Source of the DNA: Eledone cirrhosa
Taxonomy: Eukaryota
Length of the DNA: 64,000 nucleotides
Direction: 5' to 3'
Assembly (NCBI GenBank): GCA_964016885.1
Contig: OZ024743.1
Span: 70,184,001-70,248,000, forward strand
A program made the position numbers and the translations under genes. Under the pieces are notes generated by a model. That model saw nothing but the letters and a program-made list of their open reading frames with translations. It was not told the origin of the DNA and did not search any database. Below are positions 53,197-64,000 of the stretch, piece after piece (position 1 is the first letter of the stretch; each line of letters opens with the position of its first letter).

Positions 53197-53514
53197 ACGG
53201 TTTCGTCGCCCTGCGTGCATCTCAGACATGCCCGGCTGACGGCAGCTCCATGCCTGTAGAGTTTATTCCGAACTGGCAAACTTCTCGGTAACACTGCCAG
53301 GCTAGGGATTTCTTGAAGTTGTCCATAGGCCCCGGCCCGAAAGTTCTTCCGAAGAGATTGGCTAGTTGATTTTCGTCGACGCCTAGAGTTTTCCCAAGTA
53401 CGTCGTCGCTCTTCCCCTCCACTAATCCTCTATAGAACGCCGATGTGGAGTTTCCACCGATCACATTGCCCGATTGGTCGAGGGCTGTGAGCGCCTGAAG
53501 ATATTCCAGTCTCC
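53197..53514 (-). mobile_element. Internal Tx1-B fragment (F) fused to the 5' end of E
   Basis: Matches 27527-27844 (FYRGLVEGKSDDVLG...AWQCYR); ends at (AAT)n. Confidence 0.9.
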
Positions 53515-53544
53515 TATAATAATAATAATAATAATAATATATTT

Positions 53545-53990
53545 TTAAGAACTACAAAGGCAAGATAACAAAGCCTGGGAGTAGTGGGAATAGTATGTGT
53601 TAGGGTAGTGTCACTTCTAAAAGGAATTCAAGACCATATCTTTATTGACTGCCCCTTCTTAAAAAGTAGGAAATATATTCAAAGACATGAGCAAGTAAAT
53701 AACTGTATCCACTGGGCAATATGCCGACACTTTAAGATCAAACGTGAAAGCAACATTCATAAACATACAGCAAAATCTATAATTGATAATGACAACAAAA
53801 ATACCTTGGGACATGCTTCTACACTTCAAGTAAAAGATCAAAAGAAAATTAACTGGAGAAACATAACGAGAAAGATTAAATAAAAAATAAAACAAAGCTT
53901 GATATTCCAAAACACAACTTTATCCGTTATTAGCAAAATATTGCTGAGATGCAAGAAAAAGATACTGTCCAAGGACAAGTAAGTCTAGGT
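53545..53990 (+). mobile_element. Highly decayed R4/NeSL-like fragment
   Basis: QDHIFIDCPFLKSRKYIQRHEQVNNCIHWAICRHF resembles the CCHC/RHD region. Confidence 0.65.
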
Positions 53991-54479
53991 TAAAATATGG
54001 AAGCTGTGAATGAAGGAATAAATGAATGAAAGAAAATGTACGTATCTATAATCGATATAATTAGTTTATTAGGTGAGACATAAATAAATACTAGGAATAA
54101 AAATTATAATACATATATATCGATTATTAACAACATGAACAGGTCTACAAGGCATAGTGTGTGTTCTACAAAGGCTCTTCTCTATAGAATACAATAGCAA
54201 AACTGAGAAAACACACACTATACAGAGAACACTTATAATTCAATAGAACAATTGACACAATTCATATTCCACACAAGAGAGAGATAAATATGATAACAAA
54301 ACGTGTACAACATACATTCTATAAAGGCCTCATGACTACAATAGCTCAGTTTACACAACACACTCTATAGAAGCTCCATTGATAATATAATGATACCACT
54401 GACAAATTATATATTGTGCAGGGGAAAATTTAAATATAACTTATATAGAACATTCTCTATGATGTGATATTCTCCACAT

Positions 54480-55235
54480 AACTCTCCCTGCGAATACACA
54501 TTCACAACACCACTATACAATCTACATAACACACTCATACACAAGGACATTCACAATACAATAACACATTCTTCACTACATAATAACACAATGTACACAA
54601 CGCACTCATTACACAGTGACATTGACAGCGCAATAACACATTTTACACAACACAACCACACAACTTACAAAACACACTCACTACCTACACTGACATTCAC
54701 AACACCGTAATACCACTAACATAATAACACTACTCACTACATAGGAACATTCACAACACAACCAAACAACTCTACACAGTGACATTTACAGCACAAATGA
54801 CATAACAACACAATTCTACACAACATACTACACATGAACATTTACAGCATAATAAACACATCTTTACACAACATACTAACTACACAGCGACATTCACCAT
54901 ACAACTACACAACACACTTTCTACACATGTATATTCACAACACAACCACACAGCGTACACGACATATTCACTACTAGGTGACATAACTACACATCTGACA
55001 TAACTACACAACTCTACACAACACACTTACGACATAGGGACATTTAAGATACTATAACACAACTTACACAACACACTGACGACACAGGATTATTGAATAT
55101 ACAACACAACTTTACAGAACATTCTTACTACACAATGACAGTCACAACACAACTGACATAACTACACAACTTTACACAACACACTTACTAATAAGCGAAA
55201 TTCACAACACAACTGACACAACTTTCTCAACACAA
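54480..55235. repeat. Degenerate A/C-rich minisatellite (~45-50 bp unit)
   Basis: Recurring acacaacacact(c/t)actacacagtgacattcacaacaca variants. Confidence 0.75.
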
Positions 55236-55434
55236 CGACTGAAGACCTTCCATTACAAATGTACATAAGATATTTTTCGTAATGGAAGACACTTATAAAT
55301 CATTTGATCTCACCGAACGGCACGTTATCAAATACATTACAGCCAGTATTGAGTACTAGCTTTACCGTTGCTTAGCAAATACGACCAGGTTGTATTCATC
55401 AGACTGATGGATATGAATTAAGAAAGAACATTGA

Positions 55435-56076
55435 TTAATGATTTCTAATTTGGGCACAAGACAATCAATTTAGGGAAGGAGGGCAAGTCGATTATATCAA
55501 TCCTATTGTTTTACTGATACTTTATTTTATCGATCCAACAATGATGGAAAGTAAAGTTGACCTCGGTAGGAGTTGAACCCAGAGGGTAGAGTCAGAACAG
55601 ATACAGCTAAACATTTGTACCACGCTCTATCAACCCTACCAACCCATAACTAAGAACACTAAATATTCAATGTTTCCTAAACAAGGCCAAACACTGTATT
55701 TGACTAGAATTTTTTTATCGACTCCGCAAGGATGACATCCAATGTTGACCATGGTTGGATTTGAACTCAGAACGTAAAGAAATATAGCTAAATGCGGTAA
55801 ATCATTGTCTCCGAGTGCTCTTCCGATTCTACCAAGACACTGCCACGAAAACAGAATAATGATTTTTGCTATAGGCACAAGGCCAGCAATTTTGGGGGTA
55901 GAGGAAAGTCGATTAAATCGACCCAGTGCATTACAGGTGCTTTATTTTATCGACCCCCTAAGGATGAAAGGCAAAGCTAACCTCAGTGGGATTTGAACTC
56001 AGATCATAAAAGGGGCGTAACGATGCTACACAGCATAGTGTCCGATGCTCTACCGATACTGCCAATCCATCGCCCT
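55435..56076 (-). mobile_element. Three SINE copies (two older and degenerate, one well preserved long subtype)
   Basis: SINE motifs including the GTCGATTAAATCGAC palindrome. Confidence 0.88.
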
Positions 56077-56413
56077 AACGAAAACAGAAAAATAAGACGA
56101 ACAATACTCCATAATACATTTAGTTAATATGACTGAGAATGTATACAATGTAAGTAGAATTGGTTTAACTCCTAAGCTGTAACGAAACTTTGCTACAAGG
56201 GAGATAATGAAAATCATTAATGAGGAAAATATTACTTAATTAGCAACTATATAGCTAACATATATCATGACGTATCAATACATATTAGGTTATATATATA
56301 TTATATGCAAAAAGAAAACGGAATTAACAAAGCAATCAACACAGTACAATGAAGAAATATATTAGTTTAACGGTTAATGTAGTATAAAAAGAGTATTTAT
56401 GTTTTGCACAAAC

Positions 56414-56452
<39 letters not shown>

Positions 56453-56607
56453 ATGTGTGTGTGTGTGTGTGTGTGCGTGCGTACGTGTGCATGTGTATGT
56501 GTACGTGGGTATGTGTAACATGAATCATGTAGCTAACATATATATCATTGTATGTCAATATGTATTTTATATTATCTTATATTACACACATATATATATA
56601 TATACAC

Positions 56608-56673
<66 letters not shown>

Positions 56674-56674
56674 G

Positions 56675-56793
<119 letters not shown>

Positions 56794-56858
56794 GTATATA
56801 TATATGTATATACATATGTATATATGTATATATGTATATATGTATATATGTATATATG

Positions 56859-56913
<55 letters not shown>

Positions 56914-57683
56914 ATGTGTGTGAGCAAATATATTTATCCATTGTATATCAACAAATATTACATTATAATAGATATCTATAAATAACATAATTAATGTCTA
57001 CTTTGATAAGACTAATAAATATGTCCATGAAATACAAAACAAAAATTTGCTATATCAACAGATATAACCCTGTAGGGTATTTGGCGGTAAGACGGTGTCT
57101 TCTCAAAAATTCTATTATGAAAAAAAACTATCGTTATCTTGTTTTCTACTACAGTAATATTATTAAATGAAATTCTATATCGACAGCCTTAAGTATAAAT
57201 TCATAGACTTATGTAGATGTATAAACATATTATTTATAAGCTCCTATTCAGGTAAATATAACTATATAGACATACACGCATAAATATACACTCGTATATC
57301 TAAAAAGGCATATACACATATATGTATTTTCAACATCAGAGAACATAAACACTCTTATTTCATAATAGTTAAATGGATTAGTTAATATTTTACCCTATAA
57401 CCATTATTTATGTATAATAATATGCCCAGAAAAAATATTGCTTTTTTCTTGTTATTTCTGGCATCAAGTCTCACATATTATTATATCAACACACGAAATA
57501 GGTGTAGGCAGTTATCCCTCGCTGCTTCTATTGGAATCAGCTAGACGGAGTTGGCCGTCATCCTTTCAATATTCGTAGATGGGCTTTCAAAATATTTATT
57601 TATCAAACATACCGTATATAATTAGATATACCAAATTCACAGACACACATGTATACAGCTATGCTGAAACTAAATTTGAATAT

Positions 57684-58265
<582 letters not shown>

Positions 58266-58329
58266 AAATCAACAGACACATTCACAAACACACTCACTCA
58301 CACTCTCGCGCGCACCCACATACACCCAC

Positions 58330-58366
<37 letters not shown>

Positions 58367-58414
58367 CATACATATACATATATATATATACATATATATA
58401 CTTATATATATATA

Positions 58415-58490
<76 letters not shown>

Positions 58491-58530
58491 TATATATATA
58501 CATATACACACATATATATATATATATATA

Positions 58531-60073
<1,543 letters not shown>

Positions 60074-60094
60074 AATATATATATACATACATAT

Positions 60095-60128
<34 letters not shown>

Positions 60129-60356
60129 CTATACATACATATATATATATATACATACATATATATAAATATACATACATATATATATATATACATACAT
60201 ATATATATATTTATACATACATACATACATACATATATATACATATACATACGTATATATATATATACATACATATATATATATATATACATACATATAT
60301 ACATACATACATATACATACATACATACATATATATACATACATACATACATATAC

Positions 60357-60395
<39 letters not shown>

Positions 60396-60456
60396 CATAC
60401 ATATATATACATACATACATGTATATACATACATATATACATACATATATATATAC

Positions 60457-60501
<45 letters not shown>

Positions 60502-60565
60502 CACACATATATATATACATACATACATATATATATATACATACACATATATATACATACATACA

Positions 60566-60597
<32 letters not shown>

Positions 60598-60659
60598 CAT
60601 ATATATACATACATACATACATACATATATATACATACATACATATATATACATACATA

Positions 60660-61987
60660 ACTTTGAACTTTGATTAACTTTGAAATGTTTTGGCCAGTAT
60701 TGGCCCAGGCCATGTCTAACTTAATAGCACCACCTGGCGAAGTCTTTCAATTCAGGATTTGGGCACCATGGCCCATTCGAGAAGAGAATTACTGTTTGCG
60801 GAGACATATCCGGGTGTGGGTGGTTTGTCCGGGATTACTTGGAGGAATTTGTCCAAAGACTTCTTGAATTTTGTGTGGTCAGTTTCTGTTTTGACGTGTC
60901 CTGGTGTGATGTTGAAGAGAGCAGGGCCGATTGAGGTGAAATAATTGTGCCGTATTGTTGTTATGAGTTGCGATTTAGATTTTTGAATGGGACGGATAGC
61001 ACGGGGCCCAAGCCTTGGGTGTATCTTGAAGGCGATGCCAACATCATTTGGGCAGTGATGATGGAACATTTTCCACATCATGCAGATAATATAACGCTCA
61101 CGGCGACGTTGGAGTGAGTAAAGTTTCAGGTTTTCCAATCGACCCCAGTAGTCAAGGTCTGACATGCCATCTATCTTTTTCGTGATTGCCCTTTGAGGAG
61201 CTTCAAGTTTCATGATACTTTGTTTCGTGTGGGGAGACCACAGTGGACAACAGTATTCAAGGTGTGGTCGGGCGAAAGTAGAGAAGAGAAGGATAATGGT
61301 GCGGGAATCTCTCGACTGGAAGGTTCTGAGGATCCAGGAACACATTCTGCGGGCCATGTCAACTTTGCTGCTTATATGCGTGGTCCAGCTTATGTTGCTG
61401 TCCACGGTTACTCCCAAGTCTCTGATGTTGTTAGATGCCACGAGAGTTTCCCCGGAGGGAAGGGAGTACGGGAGTTTCAGAGCATCCTCTTTTCCAAAGT
61501 GGATCAGTTCGAATTTGTCTTCGTTCAGTAACATGTTGTTCTTTTCTGCCCATTGGGTAACAGCCAGTAGGTCTGACTGAAGGCTTATCCGGTCATCCAC
61601 TCCATTGATGACCTTTTGGAGCTTGGAATCATCAGCGAAAATTTTAATGTTGCTGTGTTTGATGATGTCAGTGATGTCATTAATATAGATGATGAAGAGA
61701 AGTGGGCCCAACACAGTGCCTTGTGGGACTCCACTACTGACTTTGGCTGGGCTTGATTTGACTCCCTCAACTACAACATGTTGGGTTCTGTTTGACAGGA
61801 AGCTCTTGATCCACTGCAGCAGCTTTCCAGTGACACCAATATTGGACAGCTTTCTCAGTAGAATGTTATGATCAACCCTGTCAAAGGCCTTGCTGAAATC
61901 AAGGTAGATAACATCAGTGTTGGAACCCTCTCCCAAGGCTCTCAAAATGTCATCAAAGTGATGCAGTAGTTGCGTCAGGCAATCCCT
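60660..61987 (-). mobile_element. CR1-group LINE, 5'-truncated and young; RT frame open from 61987 to 60752
   Basis: [66 protein letters not shown]; tail of three TCAAAGT-like repeats. Confidence 0.92.
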
Positions 61988-62086
61988 ACATATACATATA
62001 CATACATACATATATATACATACATATATACATACATATACATACATATATACATATATATACATACATATATACAGATACATATA

Positions 62087-62204
<118 letters not shown>

Positions 62205-62273
62205 CATACATACATATATATAATATCTACATACATACATATACATACATATATATATTCATACATATATATA

Positions 62274-62680
62274 TGGTGGCTGCCAACTCGTTTTCGAGTA
62301 CGGCCATACTTTATATCCATGTAGGAGAACCCCCACCGATGCGCTGAACGAGTGTGACTTTTTAGTCCAGCCAGCGACTTGAAAACTCTGGTACAAACAC
62401 TACACTTATGACAATTATTGACACAGTGCTGGGCCCATGGTACCATGTGACGACAAGTGCAGAGAGATCTCCAGTTATAAGCAATGCCTGTGCCTTGAAG
62501 CTTTTATAGTGAGCAAAGGCACTGCACAAAGCCAGTCCCACTCTCTTAACCAAGATGATATTTACCAAAAAGAAGAACAAGTCAACATCATTGGATATCA
62601 TCAGGGTTGCAGGTGTTATATCAGAGTTTTCCTTCTCCTAAAATTCTGCTTTGACAAAGGCTAAGGGGTCATCACTCCCG
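62274..62680 (-). mobile_element. Fourth and longest copy of the RTE-like zinc-finger 3' end
   Basis: Same sequence as the copy at 58531, extended by ~43 nt; [25 protein letters not shown]. Confidence 0.75.
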
Positions 62681-62868
62681 ATATATATATATACACCCAA
62701 ATATATATATACATATATACACACACACACACAGACACACATACATACACCTACATATACACATATACACACATACACACATACATATATATATACACAC
62801 ACATGCATATATGCACACATACATATATACATAAACATATATATATATATATATATACACACACATAT

Positions 62869-62899
<31 letters not shown>

Positions 62900-62928
62900 C
62901 ACATATATATACATATATACACACACAC

Positions 62929-62961
<33 letters not shown>

Positions 62962-63133
62962 CATACATACACACACACACATACATATATGTGCACACGC
63001 GCGCGCATGCCCATGTGTATATATGTACATGTATGCACCTGCAGATACACATGTGTATACCTGTGTGCACGTGTGTGCACATGCACATGCACACATGTAC
63101 ACACGTACACATACACACACACGCATATATATA

Positions 63134-63179
<46 letters not shown>

Positions 63180-63299
63180 CACACACATACATATACATAT
63201 GTACATATATATATATATATATATACACATACACACAAATACATATATACACATACAAATAAATAAGTACTCAATAAATATACGCATATACACAGGCAC

Positions 63300-64000
63300 A
63301 TAAAAACACCTCTACTGGCAGAAAATTCAGATAGGTAAGAGGTACTCACATAACCATAGTAGCCGTATTTCAGGTTGAGAAGGGTTGGGGGTAAGGTGGG
63401 AAGGAGGTATAAGGGCTAAAAGGAGGAGGTCGTTTTTAACCATCGGGCTTTAACACTGGCTTAAAGTATTTGAAAGTTGCAAAGTTCTTGTGCATGCTGT
63501 TCGGGCAGTGTTCAGAGAGTTTGTTCAGTAGCCGGCCCTTAGCGAATAAAATTTCGTAGCTCTCTGAGATACAAAGGTCGCAGCCCTAGTATCCTCCGTT
63601 GTAAGAGCCCGCTTACTGGAGTATTTTCCATTTAAGCGTGAAGGGGGCGGAGTTTCTTTTGAGGTCCCAAACATAGGAGGCGAGTGTTGTCTGGTTTGAT
63701 TTGTCCGGTCTTCGGAAGGAGTGTGTATGGGCATACCAACGGGTTTTAAAATTATTGCAAGTCATGCCGATGAAAGTTTTTTTGGTATTGCAATCATTGT
63801 TGCCTGAGATGACATCGCATTTGTATACGATATCATTTGTGAGGCATTTGTTTTCAAGTGGGCATGCTTCCTTATTTAGGCAATTACACAAAGCCCCAGT
63901 CTGGGGATTGGGTTCGGAGGTGGTTGGCTTATTTAACTTTTTTAGAATTGTGGTTGGCTATATTCATAGCTAGGTTAGGTGTGGTGGAGTAGGAGAGTCT
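63300..64000 (-). mobile_element. Penelope-like element, GIY-YIG C-terminus (tentatively Naiad-like), runs off the window
   Basis: CNCLNKEACPLENKC (CxCx5Cx5C), IVYKC..TFIGMT..FKTRWYAH, LKWKIL, then CDLCISE..LLNK after TAA and TAG stops. Confidence 0.85.

Noticed and set aside
57060-57095. Possible plus-strand micro-exon (TGTAG|...CG|GTAAGA)
   Set aside because: Weak pyrimidine tract and no supporting neighbouring exons.
63580-63620. Selenocysteine recoding in the Penelope endonuclease
   Set aside because: The in-frame stops are TAA and TAG at non-cysteine positions, consistent with ordinary decay.

Overview
This is a repeat-saturated, AT-rich animal genomic window with no confidently identifiable host gene. 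It is probably an octopod cephalopod intron or intergenic region; that is inferred from a tRNA-derived, Meta-domain-like SINE resembling octopus SINEs and from the microsatellite load. Most long ORFs in the track are microsatellite artefacts. The real coding remnants are all retrotransposons: six minus-strand Tx1-type (L1 group) LINE segments, two of them apparently full length; a PHD-finger-bearing CRE-like element nested inside a decayed RTE; four R4/Dong-like restriction-like-endonuclease (RLE) fragments; Penelope-like elements, one with a hammerhead core; four RTE-like zinc-finger 3' ends; and a young CR1-group RT. About 29 SINE copies are also present. The main signal is a microsatellite-niche retroelement system. 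One Tx1 family sits in (TATC)n and sister families sit in (ATT)n, all without poly(A) tails and with fixed polarity. The SINE shares its 3' terminus with the (ATT)n Tx1 families. R4/Dong-like elements use the same tracts from the opposite strand. Also notable are splice-like signals bracketing Tx1 ORF2, a three-part Tx1 chimera, and two abutting fold-back palindromes centred on (TA)n. All coordinates were read by eye and are approximate.
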